Assembly: GCF_947568905.1 (NCBI RefSeq)
Contig: NC_079171.1
Span: 15,438,001 to 15,502,000, forward strand
Length of the DNA: 64,000 nucleotides
Direction of reading: 5' to 3'
Source: Ostrea edulis
Taxonomy: Eukaryota
Positions within the stretch are counted from its first letter, which is position 1; each line of letters starts with the position of its first letter. The position numbers were made by a program, and so were the translations under genes. Under the pieces are notes generated by a model. The model had not been told where the DNA came from and did not search any database. It was given only the letters and a program-made list of their open reading frames with translations. Positions 27,041-40,470 of this stretch are shown piece after piece.

Positions 27041-28881
27041 TGATATAATATAAAAATGATAGCATGTTTTGCCATTCAACACCATTTTCTCAGTATCTCA
27101 TTTTTATATATATGTAACTTAGTTGGTGGATAAATGGAGACAAAAATATTTCGTCCTGGTAAAAAAAATTGACGTTCTTTGATCGATTCTTATCAACACA
27201 CCATTCATTTTCAGATGCTTTTATACACATCCCTACAGTTTGACATATTTGATGTCCTGGTGCGACTATTAAAACGATTCGATCTTCATTACTATAATGA
27301 TTGGACACCTACGATGGAAATTGATGACCAACTACTCATTGTCCTCATGAAGTTGAAACTCAATCTTCGTGACATTGACTTGGCCCATAGATTTTGTGTC
27401 AGCCGACCTACAATTTCGAACATTTTTCATACACTTGTCCATACTCTACATGAGATGCTGTTTGTTGGCATAGTCAACAAATGTTTTCCAAGTCAACTCA
27501 AGTGCAAAGGTTTGTTTTGAAACTTATCATATTTAGTCTACTCTGACTTTGCAGTCCTAAAATTCCCAACAAAGACTTTGAGCCAAGGTCATTTTTGATA
27601 AGTCAAGGTCACTCAAAATATATACCTAAGTTATACGTGAAAAGAAAACACTATTTCAACAATATTAGAAGTTTTATATCATTGGTTAGATGCATTTCAG
27701 GGAGCATCCATCAGTTTTACTTATCTTGTTTTTAAAAATTTAGGGTCCATGCCGAAATCTTTTGAGGATTTCTCCTCTGCCAGAGCCTCCATGGATGCAA
27801 TTGAAACCACCCAAGACATCCCGACACATATGGATAGTCAGGCCATGGTGTACAGTAGCTACAAAAGTCGTCATACTGTTAAAGCGGTAACTTGCGTAGC
27901 ACCAAATGGTGCTATTACACTCTGTTCCAGACTGTATCCAGGTTCCATCTCCGATGTAGCCATTGTATCTCACAGTAAAGTCCTACAGAAGTTTAAGGCA
28001 GGAGACTTAATTTTGGCCGACAAAGGTTTTACTATCCATGATCAGTTGCCTCAAGGTGTTTGTTTAAACATACCAGCTTTTTTGTCAATGAGAGGTCAGT
28101 TTACAAAGCAAGAACCAGCATTGTGTTACAAGATCGCAAGAGCCCGCATTCATGTAGAAAGAGCCAACGAGAGAATTAAAAATTATGAAATTCTCCGTCA
28201 CATTCCGGCTACTTACAGACCCTTATCAACAAAAATATTTCAACTTTGTTCCTGTCTTGTAAATTTGTAAGCTCCACTTTTGAAAGAAATAGCTTGAATG
28301 AAAGTTTGTATTGTTTGATTTTACTATCTGGGGTTTATTACTGTAATGGGATTATGAACATTGTTGATGTGTTTTAAGAAATTTTCAATGATATAATTAT
28401 ATTGTACATAGAGGAATGGATTAAATATAAATAATACATAACTTTTCATTCATATCTGTTGATGCTTGTTTTCTTTAAATTGATTTTTTCCAAATATAGT
28501 CAAAATGTCAGAACATTGATTTTTCAACTTCAGAAACAATTTACAGTCCAATATTGATTTTATTGGTGTTTTATTTGTGTATGTATTAATACTCTGAACC
28601 TAATCTTTAAGCATGCAATGAAGGTATTTGTACACCAGAAAATGTTCATTTGTTTTCTTTAATCAAATACAGACAAAATGGAGCACTTTAAAGCATCTTG
28701 GGAGTAATTTTCAAGGTATTCTTTTTCCAATAGCAATGGTACCTTAATTACAGATTTTGATGCCAAATTTTATGTGAGGCTATCAAATAATCACTATATG
28801 ACAAATTTCAGCAAAATCGGTCAGGTTAATTATCCATCACTATTAAGGAAAGTTTGATACTTAGATATGGTGGCTCTTTAA

Positions 28882-29071
28882 GGAGTACTCTTCATCGTCA
28901 TAATGGCTGACTTCCTTTTAAAACATGGATGATAATATAAATATCTATTTATTTATTTCCTTTGCCTTTTTTGACTAAATAAAGTAAATCTGAAATTTCA
29001 ATTTCAAAATATTGTTGTACATATCCCCCACTTTTCATACATATCAAATTTCTCTGATGTAGCATACCTCC
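28882..29071 (-). mobile_element. Kolobok-type MITE, internally deleted copy
   Basis: TTAA flanks, GGAG..CTCC termini; reverse complement matches both ends of the copy at 51940-52290. Confidence 0.7.
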
Positions 29072-29197
29072 TTAAGTCTTAGGAACACCCAAAAATTTCA
29101 ATGAATTGAGATTACTGACATTATATGACTTTCTCATGTATCTACCACAATTTAATTCATACTCAGTTTTCCATCAATGCTGGAATGAAAACATTAA

Positions 29198-32100
29198 CCC
29201 CTTCTCTACCGTACCGGTCAATTTGACCGGTGGCGCGTAAAAACAGGGCAACGCAAAAGGAGTGCCTCTAAATCTTTGAAACTACGGTCATAAGATATAT
29301 GATCTATATATCATATTTTTGGAAATTTTCTCTATTTTTTTACTATGTAAAAATCAATAAAGTAAGTAAAGCCATTAGATTAAAAAAAGCATTTAAAGTG
29401 AAGGATGGCTTCGTCTAAATATGACGCAACGTTTTTTCGCAAGGTCATTTTCCCCCTCGATATGATATTTTTTATTTTCCTTATGAATTCAATATTTTTT
29501 ATATTTTTGAAAAGCATATATTCCCTGCTTTCAGAAGATATAAGAATTATTTTTAATGCCTGACAAAGTTATAAGAAAATAGCAATTTTTTGCACATGTA
29601 CGTTTTCTTACGATTTTATTTCTCAATGTTTAAACTTATCGGCGTTTTACCTATATTTATATATGGAAATAGGGAAAAGTAAATACAGCCTGTAAAAGTA
29701 GAGGAAATTTCCTTTTTGATGGGCCCTTATTCGTGTTATAATTCTCGGTAGTTTTTATATTACGATAAAATGAAATTGGGACATGCTGCGCGGTTTTCTT
29801 TAAAATTAGCGACAAAACGTCGTCGCTATAAAAGCGATCGACGCGCGTCGCACGAAAACTATAAAATTTGTATTGTCCTCTTTTAGTAAATTCAGTAGAT
29901 TTTGATACACTAAAACAATATACAGATAAGTATGAAATAATCAGCCAGGTATTCTCTGCTTTTTTAAAAAAAAGCATAAAACCAATATTGGTATATAACA
30001 GTTACACAACCTACATGTAACTTCATAAAACACCTATTTAGAATGTTACATCGGCAGAGTAAATTAAAAAAAAAAGATAGACAGATAAAATACTTCAAAT
30101 TCAGATATAAACGTTATATTTGTTCGGAATAGTAAAAAATTTTCCCCTGCCAAACAAATAAAACTAAAAAGAAGTTCGCATATAGCCTCTAGGCCTATAC
30201 TTTTATTTTCCGTGATCGGGATCGCGGGCCCCGCGGGGTTTTCTGAAAGTGTGCACGGGGAACACACGTGTTTCGGTTTCAACGAAAACACAGCTTCACT
30301 GTCACAGCGAAGGCTTGTATTTTACATCTTTAAACGACCTGATGTCAGAAGATGCCATGGATCTCCTGTTGCAGGATGACCCAAACGATCATGCATTCAG
30401 TATAAACATGTACATGTAAGTTGATGTAGCCACATAGGCCGACTAGAGAAAAAAAATTGCAGTTTTGTTATGTTATGAAAAAATTATGGTTAATCAACGC
30501 GATTTGATGCCATAATTTGTCGTTTCATGAAAGAAAATATTAATATTTTATGATATCTAAACCAAGTGAATAACATCTAATTGTTTATTATAAGCTGACA
30601 TCATTTAATCTGTCCTGGTCCGGCATTAATCCGTCTGATTAACACCCCCCTTTTTCCAAAATTCTCTCCTCACCTGACGCTCGAGTGTAAGAAGGGGTGG
30701 ATAGGGGGATAGGGGTGGTTTTAATCAGACTGGGCATTCATGGCCGCTGGTTAGAGGGCTATTTTCCAGGATTTTTCCATGTTTATCAAAAATTATCTTT
30801 CTATGAAAAGAAAATACAATCTGCTAGGAAAACACATATTACGTCATTGTAATGCTAAAATTTATTATCATAATTTGAATTATTTTCTTCATATTGTAAC
30901 AGAAATATAAACGAAATGTGTGTTTGGGCCAAAATGGAGGGGGGGGGGGTGTTTACATGTAAGTAACATCAATCAAAGTCTGATTATGACAGGCTAATAA
31001 AAAATCATATATAGATTTCTCTTTTATCCAAATGCATATATTTTATATACACTGAGTAGTTTATGACCATAAATTACATGTATTCCATACATGCTGGTAC
31101 TGGTATGCTATGAGCTATCATCTTGCCTAGATTTTCTCTAATTTCGACTAAATCCACACCCCCATAAGAGTACCATACAAGGGGATTTAGACACTGTGTA
31201 CCATGAAGAACCAATTCAATTCTACTTTTGTATCTTCTGGGGTCGCATACTTTCCCTCAGAGTTGCAGTATTTTCGCTGGACCCTGTAGGTTTTAACCTG
31301 AATTTCTTCAGTATCCCCCCATGTATATGATAGGCATAATGTTGACACCTACATCATGCATATCTTCTTTTTTTTCATTACGCACTCTGCTACACTCGCA
31401 ATGTATAATAAAATATTCCATTCATTTCTAACACATGTACGTACGCAATCCCCTACCAAATGTCACTTCAAATACAGGATATCTCTATCTTTAAATAAAT
31501 TTGAGCTGTACTTAAGTGCGAAACTGTCCCTTGCTACCATGAAACTTATATTTTGCTTTAAAACATGAACCAACAATTCTTAATTGTAATTTCTTTTCAT
31601 CTTTAAAAAGGGTATTGACATCCCAATATTTAGTGGGAAGTTCCCAGGTATCGTCCGCTAGTGACAGTCTGCTGGCAAATCCAGACATGCGATGGAAGGA
31701 TGCTGATGTGAAGGACACAGAGACACCTGATCCAAGAACTGTGGCATTTCATTCAGAGTGTCAACCTGACATTCAGTTGGTATGACTTTGATTTTGAATA
31801 TAGGGTTAAATCTGTATACATTTGGTTAACAATAAATAATAATAAATAAATCCAGATAATACATTTACAAATGGAATCATGGCGTCATGATACACTGAAA
31901 TGCGTTTTTTACTGCATTACTAGGTATCACATACATGCAAAAAGAGACAACAAAAAAAAAACCCCACGGAAAATCATTATTCTGTTTCTAATTACAAGGT
32001 ATGACAAGTTTTCTAAATGCCGACAAATAACGTAAGGTGGCCAATACTGATTTTATTTGCGATTTCCTTTCAGATATGGGACCCGATTATTCAGAGAACT

Positions 32101-33579
32101 ACAGATTTTATAAAGCTGTTTTTGACAGAAAATTTGGTTTTCTCCATCTGTATTGCCACCACCCATTATGTTGAGATGGTCATATCTCGAGGGAAGGATT
32201 GTCATTATGCTTCCCAAGGAAATTCGCATCCTCTCACTGAAGAGGAATTGTACAGGTATTACTAGTTTTAAAGTACCGATATTGTGACAGTGATTTCCAG
32301 TTTAAAACGAATAATAAAATGCATAATAAAAAGATTATCTTTACCAAAATTAATCTTGCTGTGCGTCTAACACATTTATTAGATGTGTACTACAATTATC
32401 TCTGATAAAATTTCATAAGTAATTAAATGTATACTAGTAATTTTCAGAGGGCCTTGACTATTGAAAACCTTTACAGAGCCAATTGAGCATTCAAAAGCTC
32501 TGACAATACATTCGTATTTAGGGCTAAGTATTAAGAAATTCTTTTTTCCCCCCCAGATTTTTGTGCATTATCTTATACATGTCTGCTGTGAAGTTCCAGT
32601 CGATAGACAGATATGGTCAATGCATGCCACTATCGGAACAACCTAGTACAGTGTATCAAGAATGATGTCTAGAAATAAGTTTTAAAAGGTTGAATATAAG
32701 AACATTTTTGTTAAATATGATGCAAGTACATTTAAATCTAGTGATTGAAAGTAAGTACTTGAACATTCGTATACGTTGAACTTGCAGAGGAAAAACGGGT
32801 AGTACTTTTTGATAAGGTGCTGTTGCTTAGCAACCAAATATATTTGAATGCAAAAAATTAAATTATTTTAGATTAACAATAAAGATCTTTGTTTTAATAT
32901 TGCAATATTTATTCTATTTAGTGGAACATAATGGCAAACCGTCATATTATTAAAAAATGATGGATATGTACAATGTATATAAAGTACAAAGTTTCCATTT
33001 TATGACCTTTGACCTTAATTCTTTTCATCATATTTTTTGTAAAAACCCTTTTAAAATGATTAAAATTTATTTAAAGATTACATTTTTAAAATAATGTGAC
33101 ATTTACTAATCATCATTCAATGCAATTATGTTTAAATTGTGTCGAATGTATGTAGAAAGGCAAATTATAGTCAAAATTATACTCTGAGTGTTGTTACTTA
33201 GCAACCAAAAATATTTGTTTGTCAATAAAATTGATTTATTTGATTGTGATGCTTTTGTAGTATTTTCAAAGGCACATCAGCTCATACATTTAGAATTTCC
33301 TATTTTTGACTCTAATCCAGTGAGAGGGGTCGTAATATATATATTTCAGAGAAAAAAATTGCAAAAAATGTGCACTTATATGACCTTTGACCCCGTAGAT
33401 CTCTTTGAGGTCATGGGATACCTTGACAAACTTTATAAGAAATTATTCCCTGTCCAATTCCTAACAAAATTATATGTCATATGCCTATCCCAAATCGTGA
33501 TACATGCAGATTTTATTCGATGTAAAAATATTGTCATTTAGTCTTTAAAAACCTTTAAAATGTGCCGGTAGAGAAAGGG
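29198..33579 (+). mobile_element. piggyBac element, internally deleted
   Basis: TTAA TSD (29194-97, 33580-83); 14-bp TIR CCC(C/T)TTCTCTACCG with 1 mismatch. Confidence 0.85.
31611..32690 (+). pseudogene. piggyBac transposase N-terminal exons (truncated)
   Basis: RWKDADV..PDPRTVAF..QPDIQL|, DFIKLFLTENLVFSICIATTHYVE..HPLTEEELYR|, FLCIILYMSAVKFQSIDRY..MSRN, resembling the start of DDE_Tnp_1_7; GT-AG introns. Confidence 0.6.
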
Positions 33580-36500
33580 TTAAAGTAGAAATCTACTAGA
33601 TTTGCAACATTTACAGTCCATTCAGAGTCTCTAACAATTCTGATCACAACACAGTCCACTGTTGTCCACACAATCAAGTCACAGCATGTTTTGTTACACA
33701 TGTGCAGCTGCCCTTGAATTTGGTGGTAGTATGGGTGACTGGTTTTCGAGCACAAAGAATCTCCTTTAACATCTATAATAAAATAAACAATTATTAAATT
33801 TCATATATAACGTACATGTGTCTTTGATGAATGTCAACAGTGCCCGTCCAATAAAATGCAGATATACAGTATGTAGATGTAAATATTGCGATCATCAAGA
33901 TCTTGATATGTATTGTTATCTATGAGCTCACATATTTTGACATGGAAAGGTGCATTGTGACCCAAATGAATTCCGCAATTTCCCCCCTACAAAACCCATA
34001 TAAATATTATTGTAACCTGCATGAATCATAGCACAGGGATAGTGAATATATATGTACCTAAGAAGAAATTCTTCAGATGTTGTGTTGCTTCGGCTACCAT
34101 TATTGATGATGCCGAGAATGGACACTTCACCTCTACAATATCAGGGATGGCATCCTTAGCTTCTGGAGTCTGATAATGCACACTGCATGTTGGTGGTGGT
34201 GGTCGTACAATTAAACCATCTGGTGAAGCCCCCAGCACTCCAGATTCATACAGCCAAATTCCTTTCAGAAAGAGAGATTTGCGTATTTAGAATCTTAGTA
34301 CTGTTACAAAATTATTGGAATATAGGGTAACATCAGTTCTTAATGCTAAATTAAAACTGCTGACCTGGATTTTTTTTATAATAACTATTTCATAAAATAA
34401 AAAAAAACACCATCCCAATAAATTGGTAAGATAAAATTTTCAAAGTGAAAACATTCCAATGGAAATTGGGGAATTTTCACAGGCACAAAACCTCCTAATA
34501 TTTGTATAACATTTTCAGTTTATTTATCTGATTGCTCTACAACTGCACCAAAGTCTTTCTCATACTTCTTCAAAGCATCATCCTCATGAGTTATACTCCA
34601 ATCAACAGCTCTGATGGACTCCAGGTTGTATGCAGACATAAGTCGTTTCTTCAATGACAATGTAATTCTGAAAAAGAAAATTTATCAATTTCTTAGAGAC
34701 CAAAGAAATTTCCATGCACATTGTAAAGCAGATCAATATTGATCAATTTTACAGAAATACCAAGCGAAATTTTTAAAACCTATTTTTCAAATCACCTTAT
34801 TACCTTCTGCGCTTAGAACTAAGAACTGCACCAAAGTTGGAGGCTGTGATTCGGTATTTCCTGACAACAGACCACATTGGATTGTTTCTTTGCCCTTTCG
34901 TTGCTAATACTGCGCTTTTGATGGCATCCTCTGATAAAATCAAAGTACATCGCAACCATACCATAGGGGCATCAGAGTGAACAAACTCTGGGGATGTTAA
35001 TAAGTCCTCAATGACAGGAACAGGAGGGCCTGGTTCACAGGGTTCTGGTTCAAGAATCCATTTCAAAGCTGAAAATTTTTCAAAGTAGTTTATTTTAAAA
35101 CAAAAATGCTTCTCCCAAACACTGTAAAATATTTATATGCATGCAACAAGTTTCCATAAGATTCTATTACATATTAAGAATATGTGTTGCTATATAAATT
35201 TTTGCATGTCTTCAGTTTGTGAATAGAATATTGTTCATGTATTTTGTAGTCTGGCCCTTGCAGTGAAGAATGACAGGATATACCGTATAAACAGAAATGA
35301 TTCAGCATATATCATTCAGAAGACTTATAAATCTATGTCATGTGAATCTGAAACGTATTTAAAAAGAAATGATTATGAAACAAAATACCCAAGTTAACAT
35401 GTATTATAAAACTTAATAATGTATTGGACCAAAAAAATAAAGGAACAACAAAAACAATATATGCACCCCATTTTTAATGATCAAGTAAGACAGCAATGCA
35501 ATAATGAATAATAAATAACATGAAATTCTAAATGCAGTGTTTTTCAAACCAATATTTCAAACGCTACCTTTTTCCCTTTTGATTGGGGGGGGGGGGGTAT
35601 TGGCATTTTACACAGTTCTAAAAACTCTTCATTGAATGACAAAAACATCCTGTTACTGCACAATATTTCCTTATGAAAAAGCCATTGTCATATAAAGTGG
35701 AAATAAAGCTTCAATCATTAATTTCCCTTGGAGAAATTTGACACCATTTTTTTCTTCTTAATTTTTAGCAATTTTTGTTAGGGGAAACTGCCTGAATAAA
35801 GTAGTAATGCTTGTGCATAAAAACACTGAAATGTAACAATCAAAATAAAATATAAATTTTATCAACAACAACAAAACTGAACATCATTCGTATAGTTTAC
35901 CAATAAACCTTCCAAGGTTTGATAAATTTTTGTGCAGAAAATCCCGGTCACTATCATCAAAAGGTCGGCTTAAAGCACTTAAAATTTTGAAGAGAATATT
36001 AAGAAGCTCTACCAACATTCATGCATAATCAAATACTAACATGTTTATTTATTAATTCTAGTTATACGTATCTCTATCTTAGTACATAAAAATTACACAT
36101 TGAAATATTTATAAAAAGTGAAACCTACGAGTAATCTGGGCGTGTAGGAGGAAATAATTCTTCCATTGTTTTGGTTTCTGTTTTTATCGAAGTCTTTGGG
36201 TTCTTCAGCCATCCACATTTAATGTCGGTCTTGCTGAGACATTTGTACCTGTAAATTATATAAATTCTATATATATATCATTTATAAGTACTTATCATTA
36301 CACTGGTAGTAATACAGTATCTACATGTAAGTTTCTTAAATCCCCCAATCATAATATTGATTCAGAAACAATTTTGAACTTGTTTTCCTTGTACTGTTAT
36401 GGGGTATTCTTATTTCAAGTAGATATTACTCATTTATATAAATCATAATGATAATGGTCTTACCCATATAGCAATGCAGAAGCAACATGATGGCATGCAT

Positions 36501-37654
36501 AGTTTCCCAAGGGGCATTCACATGATGTGCTAGTAACTTCATAGGAATCTCCAAGAATTGCCTAGATACAATATGCCATAATTTATAAACAAGTGCAACT
36601 CTGAATACACAAATATAATGATGAACTCATTAAATTTCATATAAAATGTATAGACTCTGACATCACAATGTGCATTGATATAATTAGAAAATATCTATGG
36701 ACAGGTTGGTGCATTGATCACCAGCAAGTTTTTCAGATGACAGTGAATTTTATAGAAATTTTCATCATTAATTATTTAATTTTAAACATATTTTATTGAG
36801 AAACTCAACAGGATTGGACAACAGGCAGAGCCTATGTAGGCCCTCTCCTATATCATTATCATTAATTATACAGTTTCTAATAATAGTATGTCGGTCCCTC
36901 CCAACTTAGAACGTTAGGGACAACATAGGGGACTTGCATGTTTAGTACCATATTGAAGCCCAATAATGGAAATCGGCATACTAGAAGTGTTCATTACTGA
37001 CTAGCAAAGCCCTAAGTATTGTCAATAATTCATATGGAAAAGTAGCTTATGGTAACTGTAATGAATGCACAACATTTTTACAGTTTATGTTATCTAGGGC
37101 TACTTACCGTGACTTTGTACGACCTATTTTTCATGGATGCTTGTACCACCGAATGCACCATTTTGGTTTCAGGGTCATACAGAAACTTGAGCACATGATT
37201 GCTCAAGACGGCATTCTCCGACTTTCTCATCAACTTCGGTTTTTCAGCTGTGTAGTTTGTCCAGAATTGTATCGATAACGCCATTTTCATTTGTTTGTCA
37301 CCGGAAGCGTATTACCGGAAGTGATGTTAAACGAGACTTACAGCCCCTATTGAACCACACATTCAATATAAGGGTAGATTACCATATACCAATGTCGGAA
37401 GATGACCATATATAAGTGCATATATATACGCTTTATCCGTAAAACGGCAAAGGTAACTTCACGAAAACTGATTATCCCTGTCAGTATCAATCACATATTA
37501 ATTGTTTTTCAGGAATCTAATTCTAGGCAATTAGATTTTGGATCGCAGTTCGCAGTTCACTATTCGCAATTCAATAGCGAACTGCATTCTAGAACGCAGT
37601 TCACAATTCAAATTTCTATATGCATAAAACAACACCACACTGGAATTAAAAGGA

Positions 37655-40040
37655 TGGGGTGCCAGTTACAAACCCCAAACACTGTGAAGAAATGTTGATG
37701 GTAATCTCTCTAGTTACGGAGATCCGCTCCTCCAAGTTTTATGCATAACGCATTACACTTAGTGAATAAACATCGGGTTCAGAATCATCGAAGACCCCTA
37801 CTCCGGGGACTGAAATTTTTATGGTAGGGTATTAGTGATCCTCTCCCACCACTGTGAAGAAATGGTGATGTTACTCTCTTTAGTTACGGAGATCCGCTCC
37901 TCCAATTTTTATGCATAACGCATTACAATTAGGGAATAAACATCGGGTTTGGAATTATCGAAGACCCCTACCCTGGGGACTAAAATTTTTGTAGTAGGGT
38001 ATTAGTGGTTCTCTCCCACCACTGTGAAGAAATGGTGATGTTACTCTCTTTAGTTACGGAGATCCGCCCCTCCAATTTTTATGCATAACGCATTACACTT
38101 AGTGAATAAACATCGGGTTCGGAATCATCGAAGACCCCTACCCAGGGGACTGAAATATTTTTGGTAGGGTGTTAGTGGTCTTCTCTCACCACTGTGAAGA
38201 AATGGTGATGTTACTCTCTTTAGTTATGGAGATCCGCTCCTCAGACATTTTTAAATAACGCATTAGACTTAGTGAATAAACATCGGGTTCGGAAGTACCG
38301 AAGACCCTACCCCAGGGACTGAAATTTTTGTGGTAGGGTATCAGTGGTCCTCTCCCACCACTGTGAAGAAATGCTGATGCTATTCTCTCTAGTTACGGAG
38401 ATCCGCCCCTCCAATTTTTATGCATAACGCATTACAATTACTGAATTAACATCGGGTTCGGAATTATCGAAGACCCCTACCCCGGGGACTGAAATTTTTG
38501 TGGTAGGGTATCAGTGGTCCTCTTCCACCACTGTGAAGAAATGGTGATGCTATTCTCTCTAGTTACGGAGATCCGCCCCTCCAATTTTTATGCATAACGC
38601 ATTACAATTAGTGAATTAACATCGGGTTCGGAATTATCGAAGACCCCTACCCCGGGGACTGAAATTTTTGTGGTAGGGTATCAGTGGTCCTCTTCCACCA
38701 CTGTGAAGAAATGGTGATGTTACTCTCTCTAGTTACGGAGATTTGCCCCTCCAAGTTTTATGCATAATGCATTACACCTAGTGAATAAATATCGGGTTCG
38801 GAATTGTCGAAGACCCCTACCCCGGGGACTGAAATGTTTGTAGTAGGGTATTAGTGGTCCTTTCCCACCACTGTAAAGAAATGGCGATGTTACTCTCTCT
38901 AGTTACGGAGATCCGCCCCTCCAATGTTTATGCATAATGCATAACACTTAGTGAATAAACATCGGGTTCGGAATCCTCGAAGACCCCTACCCCGGGGACT
39001 GAAATGTTTGTAGTAGGGTATTAGTGGTCCTCTCCCACCACTGTGAAGAAATGGTGATGTTACTCTCTCTAGTTACGGAGATCCGCTCCTCCAATTTTTA
39101 TGCATAACGCAGAACACTTAGTGAATAAACATCGGGTTCGGAATCATCGAAGACCCCCTACCCCGGGGACTGAAATTTTTGTAGTAGGGTATTAGTGGTC
39201 CTCTTCCACCACTGTGAAGAAATGGTGATGTTACTCTCTTTAGTTACGGAGATCGGCCCCTCCAAGTTTTATGCATAACGCATTACACCTAGTGAATAAA
39301 CATCGGGTTCGGAATTGTCGAAGACCCCTACCCCGGGGACTGACATTTTTGTAGTAGGGTATTAGTGGTCCTCTCCCACCACTGTGAAGAAATGGTGATG
39401 TTACTCTCTCTAGTTACGGAGATCCGCTCCTCAGACATTTTTAAATAACGCATCAGACTTAGTGAATACAAATCGGGTTCGGAAGTACCGAAGACCCCTA
39501 CCCTGGGGACTGAAATTTTTGTGGTAGGGTATTACTGGTCTTCTCCCACCACTGTGAAGAAATGGTGATGTTAATCTCTCTAGTTACGGAGATCCGCCCC
39601 TCCAATTTTTATCCATAACGCATTATAATTAGTGAATAAACATCGGGTTCGGAATTATCGAAGACCCCTACCCCGGGGACTGAAATTTTTGTGGTAGGGT
39701 ATTAGTGGTCCTTTCCCACCACTGGGAAGAAATGGTGATGTTACTCTCTTTAGTTACGGAGATCCGCCCCTCCAATGTTTATGCATAATGCATAACACTT
39801 AGTGAATAAACATCGGGTTCGGAATCCTCGAAGACCCCTACCCCGGGGACTGAAATGTTTGTAGTAGGGTATTAGTTGTCCTCTCCCACCACTGTGAAGA
39901 AATGGTGATGTTACTCTCTTTAGTTACGGAGATCCGCCCTTCCAATGTTTATGCATAATGCATAACACTTAGTGAATAAACATCGGGTTCGGAATCATCG
40001 AAGACCCCTACCCCGGGGACTGAAATTTTTGTAGTAGGGA
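37655..40040. repeat. Tandem satellite array, 170-bp monomer, ~14 copies
   Basis: ACTGTGAAGAAATG recurs at 37681, 37851, 38021, 38191, 38360, 38530, 38700, 38870, 39040, 39211, 39381, 39551, 39721, 39891. Confidence 0.97.
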
Positions 40041-40164
40041 ATTCAAATGATTGAAAAGTACATGAGTTTGCGGTAAGATTATTCATTATTTCTACAAATT
40101 CTCCTAAATATATTAACTGTTTATTTTGTTTGTTTCATTTTTGATGTATACAAATGTCTTTTTA

Positions 40165-40470
40165 ATCATTTGTAGCCCCAGCAGTGGAAAATGCAATGCA
40201 TTATATCTCAGACCAAAAATCGCCCCTAAGGGGAATGTATGGTACATCAACTGCAACAGATTGTGGCCAAAAGGTGTAGAGAGGCTGGATTTGATGTGTT
40301 TTTTTTTTGTTTTTTTTCTTCAAATCACTCTCTTCGGGTTACTGTCGCCACACGCCTATATGCTGCGGGTGTTGACGAGCAACTTAAAGCGGGAAAAAAC
40401 TGGTCACAGGTCATCTGTGATTCGCAACTACAAACGCACCTCCGAGGAACAAATACAGAGTGTAAAGTGA
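40165..40470 (+). pseudogene. Crypton-like (DUF3504-type) tyrosine recombinase C-terminal relic
   Basis: WY, KRCREAGF, NHSLRVTVATRLYAAGVDEQL, TGHRSSVIRNYKRTSEEQ: the H-x-x-R, H and Y catalytic region, frameshifted. Confidence 0.75.

Larger units (their letters stand above)
16802..28297 (+). pseudogene. ISL2EU transposase (THAP + HTH_Tnp_4 + DDE_Tnp_4), 6 exons, one late premature stop
   Basis: GT-AG exons 16802-16914, 18874-19017, 19108-19192, 19319-19489, 27215-27509, 27744-28297 splice in frame. THAP (CFAYGC..W..CSCHF..P), HTH (DQLLIVLMKLKLNL..DLAHRF.VS), DDE ([39 protein letters not shown]). TAA at 28268 lies 8 codons before the probable original stop. Confidence 0.85.
29163..37290 (-). 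pseudogene. ISL2EU accessory gene: SWIM zinc finger + YqaJ (lambda-exonuclease-like), last exon split by piggyBac
   Basis: Exons near 37290-37106, 36562-36463 (CECPLGNYACHHVASALLYG), 36250-36128, 35990-35907, 35069-34803 (GQRNNPMW..RITASNFG), 34668-34525, 34265-34058 (LGASPDGLI..VEVKCPF), 33775-33584 (YYHQIQGQL..CDLIVWT) and 29197-29163 (FNVFIPALMEN*). Confidence 0.85.
16741..37348. mobile_element. ISL2EU-type (PHIS group) DNA transposon with nested insertions
   Basis: TIR AGGGGCTGTAAG(T)CTCGT at both ends, AT dinucleotide on both flanks (16739-40, 37349-50); convergent THAP-DDE and YqaJ genes, which is the established ISL2EU organisation. Confidence 0.88.

Noticed and set aside
31512-31718. 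Minus-strand ORF as a captured gene in piggyBac
   Set aside because: It is the antisense shadow of a plus-strand piggyBac transposase exon.
33555-37290. Endogenous virus or bacterial horizontal transfer (YqaJ viral recombinase)
   Set aside because: The gene has spliceosomal introns and sits in its standard position in an ISL2EU element.
37655-40040. CRISPR-like regular repeat
   Set aside because: Whole 170-bp units repeat with no unique spacers, no cas genes are present and the context is eukaryotic; it is a satellite.
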